NCBI GenBank assembly: GCA_963804525.1 | Contig: CAWDQO010000006.1 | Coordinates: 410,500-474,499, forward strand | Length of the DNA: 64,000 bases | Source of the DNA: an uncultured Thermoplasmata archaeon | GTDB taxonomy: Archaea; Thermoplasmatota; Thermoplasmata; Lutacidiplasmatales; UBA184 | Direction: 5' to 3' | Shown here: positions 1 to 9,540 of the stretch, one piece after another | How the letters are laid out: each line of letters opens with the position of its first letter | How positions within the stretch are numbered: the stretch's first letter is position 1 | The notes under the pieces: model-generated | What the model was told of the DNA's origin: nothing | Databases searched by the model: none | Seen by the model: only the letters and a program-made list of their open reading frames with translations | Translations under genes and position numbers: made by a program

Positions 1-1104
1 TACTGCCCGAGCTGCGGGAACGTCAAGCAGGTCGTCCCAGGGATCGCGCCGGGGAGCGGCAACCCGTTCCGGGACCTCGTGGGGGGAATCCTCGAGCTCA
101 CCGTCAGCCCCGGCGGGAACCCGATGGAATCGGTCCGGACGACCCGGCTGCGGAACGGCGTGGAAGAGGTCGTCGCCTACGAGCGGGCCGGCGACAAGAT
201 CACGGTCCTCGACCAGCGGGCGCTCGAACGCCGGCGGACCCTCCAGAAGGAAAGCCCGCGGAAGGTCCTCGTCAAGCTCGACCGGAACCCGTTCGTGATG
301 GCGACCGGGGCGAGCGAGACCGAGCTCCTCGGCGACGTCCGGCACGACCCCTACGGCGGCCACCCCCAGCTCGGGACGCAGCCGTACGAGCGGACGGTCC
401 CGGGCGCGATCCACGAGGCGCACGAGGGGGTCCTGTTCATCGACGAGCTCCCGCACCTCGGCTCGATCCAGCGCCACATCCTGACCGCGATGCAGGAGAA
501 GCGGTTCCCGATCACCGGCCGCAACCCCCAGTCCGGCGGAGCCGCGGTCCGGGTCGACAACGTCCCGTGCGACTTCATCCTCGTCGCGGCGTCGAACATC
601 CAGGACATCCACGGGATCCTCTCCCCGCTCCGCTCCCGGATCGCGGGGGGCGGGTACGAGGTCCTCCTCGAGACGACGATGCCCGACACCGAGGCGAACC
701 GCCTGCGGCTCGCCCAATTCACCGCGCAGGAGATCGCCACCGACGGCCGGCTCCGACCGGCGACCCGGGACGCGATCGTCGAGCTGATCCGGGAGGCGCA
801 CCGGAGGGCCGAGGCGTTGGACGGGGTCCGGAACGCGCTCACGCTGCGCCTCCGCGAGCTCGGCGGACTCATCCGGACGGCGGGCGACCTCGCCACCGTG
901 GCGGGAAGCCAGTACCTCGAGGCGGCCCACGTTCGGGAGGCGCTCCAGCGGGCCCGCTCGATCGAGGAGCAGATCCGGTCCGCGTACGGCTCGCTCCAGG
1001 GCGGAATCCGCCAGGACGTGACCGAAGCCCAGCGGCAGAGCATGGGATACTACCACTGGAACGAGCACCCGGACCCCGGGGGATTCCCCGGCGGGTACGG
1101 CTGA
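1..1104 (+). CDS. LonB-type AAA+ ATPase, 5'-truncated by the window edge; ends without a Lon protease domain
   Basis: Frame 1 is open from nt 1 (YCPSCGNVKQ...) into ORF 79..1104. Motifs GVLFIDELPHL, VPCDFILVAASN and LRSRIAGGGYEV match the archaeal LonB/Mg-chelatase-like AAA+ core. The stop comes shortly after the lid helices. Confidence 0.6.
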   Translation, partial: YCPSCGNVKQVVPGIAPGSGNPFRDLVGGILELTVSPGGNPMESVRTTRLRNGVEEVVAYERAGDKITVLDQRALERRRTLQKESPRKVLVKLDRNPFVMATGASETELLGDVRHDPYGGHPQLGTQPYERTVPGAIHEAHEGVLFIDELPHLGSIQRHILTAMQEKRFPITGRNPQSGGAAVRVDNVPCDFILVAASNIQDIHGILSPLRSRIAGGGYEVLLETTMPDTEANRLRLAQFTAQEIATDGRLRPATRDAIVELIREAHRRAEALDGVRNALTLRLRELGGLIRTAGDLATVAGSQYLEAAHVREALQRARSIEEQIRSAYGSLQGGIRQDVTEAQRQSMGYYHWNEHPDPGGFPGGYG

Positions 1105-1183
1105 CCGGCCGCCGCCCGGGCAGGCCGGCGCTAGCGGCCGCGGTGGGAAGGGATAAGAACCGGACTCTGGTGGCCGCCCGAGC

Positions 1184-1256
1184 GGGCGCGTAGTCTAGTG
1201 GTTATGACGTCACCCTGACACGGTGAAGACCGCCAGTTCGAATCTGGCCGCGCCCA
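1184..1256 (+). tRNA. tRNA-Val(GAC): tRNA-Val (anticodon GAC), 73 nt, no encoded CCA
   Basis: Hand-folded cloverleaf. Acceptor GGGCGCG/CGCGCCC, anticodon arm TCACC-CTGACAC-GGTGA, T arm GCCAG-TTCGAAT-CTGGC, discriminator A. Confidence 0.9.
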
Positions 1257-1299
1257 CCTCACTTGCGGGGTAGTACCGTAGGCCCTCGAAATGACACCC
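1253..1299. repeat. Left end of the inserted element: 14-bp direct repeat (1253-1266, CCCACCTCACTTGC) followed by a 33-bp terminal inverted repeat (1267-1299)
   Basis: 1267-1299 GGGGTAGTACCGTAGGCCCTCGAAATGACACCC matches the reverse complement of 5832-5864 at 30/33 positions. The 14-mer recurs exactly at 5865-5878. Confidence 0.8.
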
Positions 1300-1353
1300 T
1301 CACCTGTCGGAATTCGGCCGACCCCACTGGGCGGGGGGGAGTGCCGATTCGCG

Positions 1354-1360
1354 TTTTTTT
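1354..1360 (+). terminator. Oligo-T tract (T7), a possible archaeal terminator downstream of tRNA-Val, lying inside the inserted element
   Basis: gcgTTTTTTTgc is the only long T run downstream of the tRNA. The assignment is inferential. Confidence 0.25.
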
Positions 1361-1595
1361 GCACCCCCCTATTTAAGGGGCCGCAACGAGGGGTCTGCTT
1401 CCACCCAGAGGAGCGTTCTCGAAGTCTAGGAATCCTTCGATTCGAGCACCAGACCGCCCGTTTCCTAGCCTTAGTAAATCCGATCGAGCTCCGCCTTCAT
1501 GAGAGTCTCTAGGTGAGATAGCGTCTCATCATCGGCAAGGGAGCTGGGCTGCGGCTCAAGCGGGAGGTGTATGGCACGGCTTCATGCGTTATCGC

Positions 1596-2935
1596 TTAAC
1601 CCCACCACTCTGCCCTGAATCTCTCTCGTCCGGCGTTCGGATCTAGCGCTCTTGCCATCAGCGTCCGTGCCAGCTCGAGCATGGGCTCGGGGTCGACGTG
1701 CTTTCGCTTCACCCGCTCCATCAGTAGTTCCAGGATCTTTCCCGACTGCTCTCGGAAGGCGATCCCCCACCGCATCGGCGGATACCGAACCCTCACCTCC
1801 TCGGGGAGCCGTGAGCGGATCTCGCTGTGCAGTCTCCGGCTGACCACCAACGTCAGTAGCGAGGCCCAGATCAGCGCTTCCGCCACCGAACGGTTGGTCG
1901 TGTTCACCCGGTCGAGCGCGTACTGGCTCTTCAACTCCTTGAACACCAGCTCGATCTCCCAGCGACACCCGTAGAGCTCCGCCACCTCCTCGGCGCTCAG
2001 TACCTCCGGGCCGAGGTTCGTGAGGTAGGTGTGGTACTTCCGGGTCTCCTCGTTCCACACCGCCACCAATCGGGCGGCGAGGGCGTCTCCTCGACGGTGG
2101 CCGCCGATACGCCCGCCGGGAGAAGGCGATCTCCACCTCGACATCCATCACCTCGCGATGCAACCGGGGTCGGACCTCCTTCCACGACTTCCCTCGAGAT
2201 CGATGGCTCTACCCCGGTGGACCCGAAGGGAGCGGACAATGATCGGGTCGACCGGGCTCTGCAGTCGGGTGAGGTAGAACCCTCCGTTCTCGGCGATGCG
2301 GGCGAAGGCTTGGTGCTTGTAGAAACCGAGGTCGAACAGGAGGATCGAACCCTTCACCCAAGGTCCGGGCTTCAGCGTGTCGCGCTCGCTGACGCTCTCC
2401 GGCATCAGCTCCACGCGCTTGGGTCCATTCGCCCGCACACTGACGAGGGTGGCGATCTTGGCGCCCGCCGTGGGCTGAGTCGACCTCGTGGCGGGGAAGT
2501 GGGTCATCAGCGAGGCGGAGAGCCGCACGATCGTGGAGTCCTGGATCAGCACATCCTCGAAGGCGGCGAGCTTCGGGCTGAGGCGGTTCCCGGGGGCGCT
2601 CTTCAGCTGAGAGAGGCCATGGGCCACACAGAGCTGGAGAACTCCACCAACTCCGGAGTGAATCGGTCGTAGAAGCTCGCGTAGCTGTGGATCGGCTTGG
2701 CGGCCCGCTGATTGTAGACATGGCGAAGCTGATCGAGGGAGCGCTGGAGGTAGACGCCGGCCTCAAGGGTGACGGCCCAGAAGAACGCTACCGGATCGAT
2801 CTTCCGATAGCGGCGAATGAACCCGCTCTCCTCAGCGAGGCGGGTGAGCACCTTGGAGGGGTAGAGCTCGAGGAGGGTGTCCTGGAGAAGGGTCGGCGGA
2901 AGGGCGCCTCGGCGGCCTCGAGCGATCGCGGGCAC
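1596..2935 (-). pseudogene. IS4-family DDE transposase, disrupted by at least 3 frame shifts
   Basis: ORFs 2603..2935, 2148..2627, part of 1582..2163 and 1596..2144 read as consecutive transposase pieces. They include IQDSTIV, LFDLGFY and the IS4 signature YGCRWEIELVFKELK (Y-2-R-3-E-6-K). Confidence 0.8.
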
Positions 2936-2990
2936 CCGGAGAGTTCAGGGCGCGAGGTATGAATCAACCGGCCTCTACCCGAAGGAGGCC

Positions 2991-3335
2991 ATGTCCCGGA
3001 AAGACCCCAGGCTCGAGCGGCTGATCGACTCCATCGCGGAGCAGGACTGTGACACCGAAGAGGATGTGGCCATGGGCCTCTGCTACGCCATCCAAGAGCA
3101 CGTTCGATTCCCCATCCCCGGAAGAGTGGTGGGGGAGGAGGTCTCGGTGCTAGATGTCGAAGAGAGCGATGGGCTCGAGGTCATGGCGATCTGCGAGAGG
3201 AACGGGCGCAAGTACCGAGTGACGGCTCCAGGACATCGTACTCAGCAAGAGGCCGGTCGGGGCGCAATGGATCGAGGCGTACCGTCAGTTCCGCGGGAGG
3301 GAAGGGAGCTCACCGACCGAGCTTATCCGATAACG
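2991..3335 (+). CDS. Small acidic conserved hypothetical protein with one frame shift near 3232
   Basis: ATG at 2991 follows GAAGGAGG. The sequence MSRKDPRLERLIDSIAEQDCDTEEDVAMGLCYAIQEHVRFPIPGRVVGEEV...RKYRV continues in the next frame as LQDIVLSKRPVGAQWIEAYRQFRGRE. It resembles a small protein family I recall from transposase or plasmid neighbourhoods; that is memory only, not verified. Confidence 0.45.
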
Positions 3336-3582
3336 CATGGAGGATTCTCGCACTGCCGCTATCGTGGGCGACTGAGCACGAGTTTGATAAGGGGAGTTTC
3401 GCGAGGTTGAAGAAGAGGCTGCGGAGCGGGGGTCCGACTCGAGGTTACTCCAAGGGGCTTCTGAAGAGAATCGAAGAGGCTCTCGACGACCTCTGACGAT
3501 TTCTTGAAATCGCCTCTTCGTAGGCACGTCCACCACTGAAAAGGGCCCTTTCTACCGCGCGGCATGCGGGCCACGACTCCAC

Positions 3583-4624
3583 TCAGACGGGATCTGGTCT
3601 CCGGTATAGACTTGCAAGAACCTGCTGTTTAGCTTCGAACCGCCGAATCAATTCGGCAGTTCCAAGACGGAGATAATGCGATCCGTCGGAGTCCTTGGAT
3701 GTCTCAAAGACCCCTACGTCAGTTGATGGTTCGTCGCGCACGGCTCTGACGAGCCTCGCCAGCAGATAGTCGGAATGCGAAGTGAACAAGATCTGATGGC
3801 CCCGTTCTCTCGCAACCTCGAGGAAGAAATCGAACGCGTCGGCCTGAGCGCCAGGATGGAGCGAAATCTCGGGCTCCTCAATGAGTAGGACGCCGTCCCG
3901 GAAGCTGTAGGCTTCGAGGACCAAGGGCGCAAAAGTTACGCCGCCAAATCCGCCATCAGCAAGCAGGGAGTCGTAGCCTGTAGTCTGGTCGATAAATGCG
4001 GCGGATACCTGTCCGTCCGCTCCCCCGACAAGTCGGTCGGAAAGCCTCCCAAGACCCACCTTCTGCATCCAGTAGTCCACACGGTCAACCTCGTTGGGGA
4101 CGCCCGTCAGCAAGCGCTCTCGATTCTTCTCGTGGTAGAACCAATGGATGAACGGGTGGATTGCTTCAGGGCTCACGGCAAGGTCGACGAAGGGATACTC
4201 CTTGACCGAAGACCAGCGTGCCATGGTTCGGCGCGCGGGCGGAAAGTACCCGTATCAGCTTGACATCGGCCGCTGGCTTCGTAGGTGTAGGGGCTCCGCC
4301 GACCTCATCGAGTCGGGGGAAATGCATCCCTCCGGCATCCCCAGCCTCAAACTCAAACCTGACATCGAGGGGTTGATCGGTCTGTCCCTTCCAAGCTATC
4401 TGTTGCCAACTGCCGAGAGAGAGTCCTCGCGAGTTAAATTCGGGCGGTGGGTCGATGCCTATCCTTGGGCTGAGGAGCCAGTTTCGAGTGGAAGCGACAG
4501 CTTGGAGCAATGCGGATTTCCCGCTCCCATTGGGTCCCCAGAAACCTGCGACCCTAGGCAGTGAGTCGATTGAAGCACTCTTGATCGACCGGAACCCGCT
4601 GACGGCAATCCGCGTTATTCTCAT
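3583..4624 (-). CDS. ABC/AAA_21-type ATPase (DUF3696-like) with one frame shift near 4200
   Basis: The N-terminal part (ORF 4166..4657, start MRITRIAVSGF at 4624) has Walker A GPNGSGKS. The C-terminal part (ORF 3583..4224) has LLIEEPEISLHPGAQ and FTSHSD. The ATG lies 4 nt after the DUF262 stop and is preceded by GGGTGA. Confidence 0.7.
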
Positions 4625-4628
4625 TGCT

Positions 4629-5840
4629 TCACCCTTGGAACAGCACTGACGAGGCAATCGACAATCGGGCCTTCACCACGTCTGCATTAGAAGTGCGTGC
4701 CCTGACGCTCCGAACATAATCCGGACTGAGGACCAAATCCGCAAACTTTTCCCGGGTGCGCTTGACCGAAGCGGTCGGGTTACGGGCAAAGGCGACCATG
4801 ACGGAGTCGCAGACCGCAGCGTTCAGCCCCGACCAGACATGGAATGGTCTCGGGCCTAATCCTTCGAGGATGCGTTGACAAGTCGTCGCAAAGAGTTCCG
4901 ATCTGACTTTCAGCTCCTTTCGATTCGCGAACCTGTTACGCTTCATGAAACGCGACATGAAATCCTTCATTGGCTGAGCATAGGTCTCGGCGCGTTCCAG
5001 CAAAGCCATGAATCGGAGGATGAGTTCGGCGTCACGGAGTCGCGAGTCTAGATGGGGTTTGCCGACGATAACGCGCCACTGGGGGAGGTTGTTCAAATCC
5101 ATCAACATATCGTTGAATGGACCCGAGTAAACGCAATTTCGCACCTCTTGATTCTTCAGCGACGTCCCCCCGGTGTTTAGTCTTTCGAAGATGTGGTAAA
5201 TGCTCGTGTCGTCATTTGGGTCCAGCTGGGCGATGAGTACAGAGTGGAGTGTCGAGTTTCGCAGTCGCCGTTGATCCTGTTCCGAAAGCTCGGTGAAAGA
5301 CTTCTCCGCCCAGCGGCTCTTGCTTCCCAGACCCTGGAGTTGGAAATTTCTTAGGTAGCCCGGCTCGCCTTCGGCCTTGAACGCCCCATCGAAGAAGTAC
5401 GAGATGCTTCGCAATCGCTGGTGCCCGTCGACAACCAGATGCTTCTGGGTGTCCTGCTCGGTGTAGAGGAACACCGGGGGGACCGGGAGCCCTGCTAGGA
5501 AGGACTCTATGAGTTTGCTTGCCTGCCCCGCGCTCCATACGTAGCCTCGCTGGAACTTGGGGATGAGAATCTCGCCTGATCGCCACTTGTCGTGCAGGAC
5601 CTGCAGAGAGAAGTCTACTCCTGATACTGCGATTTGATACTCGGGAGGGCTGCTGACGTAGTCTTCCTCCTCGCTCTCGATGGGCTCGACTTCGATGTCG
5701 ACCTCGGAGGCCGAAGTGCGAACGCCGTTAGGCTCAGCCACGTTCAGTCCCATCCCGTGGGCCGAATTAAGGCTCCCCGGGCCGAATCCTCCCCGGGAGG
5801 GTGCCGGATGGACGAGCTCGACCGAGCAAAGGGGTGTCAT
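4629..5840 (-). CDS. DUF262 (ParB/GmrSD-N-like) domain protein; start uncertain (5840 lies in the TIR, alternative ATG at 5753)
   Basis: IPKFQRGYVW and VVDGHQRL are the DUF262 signature motifs. The ORF is intact and forms an operon with the downstream ATPase. Confidence 0.75.
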   Translation of the reverse strand: MTPLCSVELVHPAPSRGGFGPGSLNSAHGMGLNVAEPNGVRTSASEVDIEVEPIESEEEDYVSSPPEYQIAVSGVDFSLQVLHDKWRSGEILIPKFQRGYVWSAGQASKLIESFLAGLPVPPVFLYTEQDTQKHLVVDGHQRLRSISYFFDGAFKAEGEPGYLRNFQLQGLGSKSRWAEKSFTELSEQDQRRLRNSTLHSVLIAQLDPNDDTSIYHIFERLNTGGTSLKNQEVRNCVYSGPFNDMLMDLNNLPQWRVIVGKPHLDSRLRDAELILRFMALLERAETYAQPMKDFMSRFMKRNRFANRKELKVRSELFATTCQRILEGLGPRPFHVWSGLNAAVCDSVMVAFARNPTASVKRTREKFADLVLSPDYVRSVRARTSNADVVKARLSIASSVLFQG

Positions 5841-5878
5841 TTCGCAGGCCTATGGTACTACCCCCCCACCTCACTTGC
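5832..5878. repeat. Right end of the element: 33-bp TIR (5832-5864) plus a 14-bp direct repeat (5865-5878)
   Basis: See the left-end feature. CCCACCTCACTTGC is identical to 1253-1266. Confidence 0.8.
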
Positions 5879-6079
5879 CGGGGAACCCCCGGGGCCTCGG
5901 CCCGATGCCAACCGCGATTCCGTTCCTGCGAGCGGACCCCCACGGTGAGACGCCGGTACTCCGTTGCCTCCCCGGTGAGCTCCGCTTGCCGCCGAGGTTT
6001 CGGGCATGCTGTCGCCGGGAACTCCGCAGGCCGTAGAAGGTGCTCCCGGTCCGGAACCGGGTCTCGCCCGCCACGACTC

Positions 6080-6540
6080 AGGGAGAGGGCCGCTGAGGGA
6101 ATCCCGTCGGTGGGGTTCTCCTCCCGCTTGGGAAAGGGTTGGCCGGGGCGGCCGTCCGATCCGCACGCGGAGTGGATGATCTCCGTCTGCCCCCCTCCGT
6201 CCGACCAGCTTGCGCCCACGACCCGGTCGTCGTACGTGCGAACGGTGGCTGGGGTCCCTGGCGGCGCAATCGCCAGGTACCCCCGGGTCGACGCGATCGT
6301 GACCACCACCGAGGAGGCCGTCGCGTGCGGCAAGGTGCCCGTGTACCCCCAGTCCGCGAAGGTCGTGGACGACTCGCCCGACACCGTTGACGCCCCTGTA
6401 CGGGTACTCGTGCCCCACGACCTGGGTCGTCGGAGACGATGCCGGGACGAGGGACGACCCCCCGGCGTGGGGGCCGGCTCGTCAGGCCACGGTCGGGCAG
6501 CGGCCGACCCGTCGGCGAGGGCTCGACCCGCCGCACGAGT
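6080..6540 (-). CDS. Hypothetical protein; frame and ends unresolved (probable frame shifts)
   Basis: The minus frame of ORF 5767..6384 (SGESSTTFADWGYTGTLPHATASSVVVTIASTRGYLAIAPPGTPATVRTYDDRVVGASWSDGGGQTEII) has strongly G/C-biased third codon positions. No family was recognised. Confidence 0.3.
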
Positions 6541-6550
6541 CCCCCGCGGC

Positions 6551-7624
6551 TCAGGTGAGGCGGCCCTCGAAGATTCGGTTGAAATGAGTCTCGGTCGCCC
6601 GCTCGAACCGGGCGAATCCCGCCTCGAGGGCGATCGTCCGAAGTACGGAATCGGGGGTCTGGGCGCCGAGCGACATGCCGCCCTCCTGGGCGACCGAGGC
6701 TGGGGTGCAGATTCCGACCGAGGCGCTGTAGAAGATCCGTCCGACGGGATTCAGGTTCTCCGCGAGGGTCTCGCGGGCCATCGGCTCGACGACCATCCAC
6801 GTCCCGTCGGGTTTGAGGGTCGAACGAACGTGGGCCGCCGCCCCCTTCGGGTCGCCCATGTCGTGCAGGCAATCGAAGAAGGCCACGAGGTCGTACCCGG
6901 TCCCCGGATACGATTGGGCCGCGGCGACCTCGAACTCGACGGAGCGGTCCACACCCGCTCGTTTCGCCTGGGCGCGGGCCTCTCGGACCGACGGCTCGTG
7001 GTAGTCGAACCCGACGAAATGGGAGTTGGGGAACGCCTTCGCCATCACGATCGTCGACGAACCGTGACCGCAGCCGACGTCCGCGACCTTCGCGCCCTTC
7101 TCGAGCTTGGCCACGACACCGCTCAGCTTGGGAAGCCAGTTCGAAACGAGGTTCGCGACGTACCCTGGCCGGAAGAACTTCTCGGTCCCGACGAACAGGT
7201 CCGGGCTGTGCTCGTGCCAGCCCACCCCCTTCCCCGTGCGGAACGCCTCGAGGATCCGGGGCTCGTCCTTGTACCCCGCGGCCGCGATGAAGAACGCGCC
7301 GGGAAGGTAGGCGGGGCTCGACTCGTCGGCGAGCGTGAACGCCTGTTCGGGGGTGAGGAAGAACGTCGACCCATCCGGCCGCAGGGACACGTACCCCGAC
7401 GCGGCCTGCGCCGCGAGCCATTCGCGAACGTACCGTTCGGACGTCCCGGTCGCTTTGGCCAGCTGCGCCGCCGTCATCCCGCCGGACTGGCCGAGGGCCC
7501 GGTACAGCCCCAGCTTCGCCCCGACGAGAATCGTCGGTCCGTGCAGGTTCGCCCCGAAGTCGTGCACGAACCGCATCAGGAATTCGTCGAGTTTTGCCGC
7601 ATCGACTGGAGCTTGTTCGACCAT
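6551..7624 (-). CDS. Class I SAM-dependent methyltransferase (small-molecule type, with an N-terminal winged-helix-like region)
   Basis: The internal start MVEQAPVDAAKL at 7624 follows GAGGAAAG. Motif I is VADVGCGHG, followed by DLVAFFDCLHDM. Confidence 0.75.
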   Translation of the reverse strand: MVEQAPVDAAKLDEFLMRFVHDFGANLHGPTILVGAKLGLYRALGQSGGMTAAQLAKATGTSERYVREWLAAQAASGYVSLRPDGSTFFLTPEQAFTLADESSPAYLPGAFFIAAAGYKDEPRILEAFRTGKGVGWHEHSPDLFVGTEKFFRPGYVANLVSNWLPKLSGVVAKLEKGAKVADVGCGHGSSTIVMAKAFPNSHFVGFDYHEPSVREARAQAKRAGVDRSVEFEVAAAQSYPGTGYDLVAFFDCLHDMGDPKGAAAHVRSTLKPDGTWMVVEPMARETLAENLNPVGRIFYSASVGICTPASVAQEGGMSLGAQTPDSVLRTIALEAGFARFERATETHFNRIFEGRLT

Positions 7625-7827
7625 CTTTCCTCGGGTCCGGGCCGGCGGACCGACGAGGAGGTCAGCGCCATCCGTGCTATGATGGTTCCTTTGGCCGGTC
7701 GCACGGAGGGGCCGCGAACTCTGCCGGGCCGACCCGTCGTCCGCCCGGTCGCCCGGAGGTGCCCCCGGGCCTCCGATGGGTTGACCTACCTCAACGGGTT
7801 GGCCGCGCCGCGAGCGCACCGAGGGGA

Positions 7828-8709
7828 ATGGGGGCAAAGCGGGCGGGACAGCGTGGGACGAGCCACCGGTCGGCTCCGTTCGAGATTCGCGAGCCGGACG
7901 TGGTCGTCCACGGCGACGCCCGGGCGGCCCTCCAGCGACTCGCTCCGGAGTCGGTCCAACTTGCGATCACCTCTCCCCCGTACAACGTCGGCATCGCGTA
8001 CGCGGGGTACACCGACGACCGGGTCCACCGGGACTACCTCGCGTGGCTCAAGTCCGTCTGGGCCGACCTCCTTCGGGTCCTGGTTCCGGGCGGCCGGTTC
8101 GCCCTCAACGTGGCCCCGACGTCGATCAAGGCGTTCCGTCCGATCCACCACGAGCTCACCGCCGACCTCCGCGACCTGGGCTACATCATGCGGACCGAGG
8201 TGATCTGGTACAAGCAGACGATGGGCCGCCGGACCGCCTGGGGGAGCTGGCGGAGCCCGTCGAACCCGCACATCATCCCGTCGTGGGAGTACGTTCTCGT
8301 GTTCTCGAAGGGACAGTGGAAGCTCCCGGGCCGACCGGAGGACGTCGACATCACCGGCCCCGAGTTCCAGGCGGCGTCCGACGGGTTCTGGGCGATCCCC
8401 CCGGAGCGGACGCGCCGGGGCCATCCGGCCCCGTTCCCCGAGCAGCTGATCGAGCGGCTGGTGAAGTTCTACAGCTTCCGGGGGAACACCGTCCTCGACA
8501 TGTTCGGGGGGACGGGGACGGTGGCGTCGGTCGCCCGGCGGAACGGGCGGCACTACATCTCCGTCGACGCCTCGTCCGAATACTGCCGCCTCGCGCGGGA
8601 GCGGATCGCGCTCGCGACCCCCGTGGCCGGGGCGCCGAGCATCCCGTCCCCGTCGGCGGTCGAGCTCGACTCCCCGGCCCCGTCTCGCACCGGGCCGGCG
8701 ACAGGGTGA
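7828..8709 (+). CDS. Beta-class N4-cytosine/N6-adenine DNA methyltransferase with no adjacent endonuclease
   Basis: Motif IV ITSPPYN precedes motif I VLDMFGGTGTV. HPAPFPEQL is present. ATG at 7828 follows GAGGGG. Confidence 0.8.
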   Translation: MGAKRAGQRGTSHRSAPFEIREPDVVVHGDARAALQRLAPESVQLAITSPPYNVGIAYAGYTDDRVHRDYLAWLKSVWADLLRVLVPGGRFALNVAPTSIKAFRPIHHELTADLRDLGYIMRTEVIWYKQTMGRRTAWGSWRSPSNPHIIPSWEYVLVFSKGQWKLPGRPEDVDITGPEFQAASDGFWAIPPERTRRGHPAPFPEQLIERLVKFYSFRGNTVLDMFGGTGTVASVARRNGRHYISVDASSEYCRLARERIALATPVAGAPSIPSPSAVELDSPAPSRTGPATG

Positions 8710-8755
8710 GCCCCGGGAGCGTAGCCCTGCGCGGGCCGGGCCCTCCTCCGCAGCG

Positions 8756-9517
8756 CTAGGACGGCGGCGGAGGCGGGAGCAGCCGCTCGGAGAGCCGTTG
8801 CACCGCGAACTCGAGGAGCGGCTCGAGATTCACCGTGTCCGCCCGGTTGTATCGCACGAGTCGTGCGAGGGAGTCGGTGTCGCCCCGTCGGAACGCCTCC
8901 CAGAGCCGGACCGCATCGAGGCCGTGGATCCCTTCGACGCCGGAGCGGTCGCCGACGCCGAGCGTCTGCTCGATCCGCTTCAGCCCGCCTCCGTACCCGA
9001 GCCGGTACAGGAGGAACCGGAGGTCGATGTGGACGGGGGGAACGGAGAGGCCCGGGAACCGGTGCGCCAGGAACGGCACGTCGAACAGCCGTCCGTTGAA
9101 CGTCGAGAGCAGCCGGAACTTCCGGAGGTACGCCGGGAGCTCCTCGAGGTCCTCGTCGGCGACGAACGTCCGGGTCCGGCCGGCGCCGTGGATGGAGACG
9201 ACCGTGACGATCCCCTCGTAGGGGCTGAGGCCGGTCGTCTCGATGTCGAGGAACGCGGTCTCCGCCCGGAACGCCGGATAGAGCCGCCAGTGCTCCGCGC
9301 TCGGCAGCCGGCTCGCGAAGTATTCGACGTGCCGCTCCGCGAGCGCCCGCTCGCTCGCGGCGAGTTCGACCCGCACGCGGTCCCCCCGGGCGGACGCGAG
9401 GGCCGACGCCTCGGGGAGTTCCCCGAACTCCGCCCAATCCCGGACTCCGCGCCGCCAGAGCTCGGCCTCCGTGATGGGGCCGACCCCCGGGAGATGGAGG
9501 AACGTCGAGCGGATCAC
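8756..9517 (-). CDS. RNase H-like / DEDD-fold exonuclease domain protein (YprB-like) with an N-terminal HhH-like motif
   Basis: LHLPGVGPITEAEL, then FLDIETTGL...FNGRLFDVPFL...YNRADT. Confidence 0.65.
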   Translation of the reverse strand: MIRSTFLHLPGVGPITEAELWRRGVRDWAEFGELPEASALASARGDRVRVELAASERALAERHVEYFASRLPSAEHWRLYPAFRAETAFLDIETTGLSPYEGIVTVVSIHGAGRTRTFVADEDLEELPAYLRKFRLLSTFNGRLFDVPFLAHRFPGLSVPPVHIDLRFLLYRLGYGGGLKRIEQTLGVGDRSGVEGIHGLDAVRLWEAFRRGDTDSLARLVRYNRADTVNLEPLLEFAVQRLSERLLPPPPPS

Positions 9518-9540
9518 GCGGGCTCCAACGGGCGGCTCCC

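Larger units (their letters stand above)
1267..5864. mobile_element. About 4.6-kb TIR-bounded transposon-like element with cargo (IS4-type transposase remnant, small acidic protein, ABC-type ATPase, DUF262 protein)
   Basis: 33-bp imperfect TIRs sit at both ends, flanked by an identical 14-bp duplication that overlaps the last 4 nt of tRNA-Val. The interior is visibly less G+C-rich than its surroundings. Confidence 0.7.

Noticed and set aside
3410-3583. Possible short ORF ending ...GYSKGLLKRIEEALDDL* between the small acidic protein gene and the ATPase gene.
   Set aside because: I could not fix a start codon or frame, and two frames are equally plausible. The support is too weak to list as a feature.
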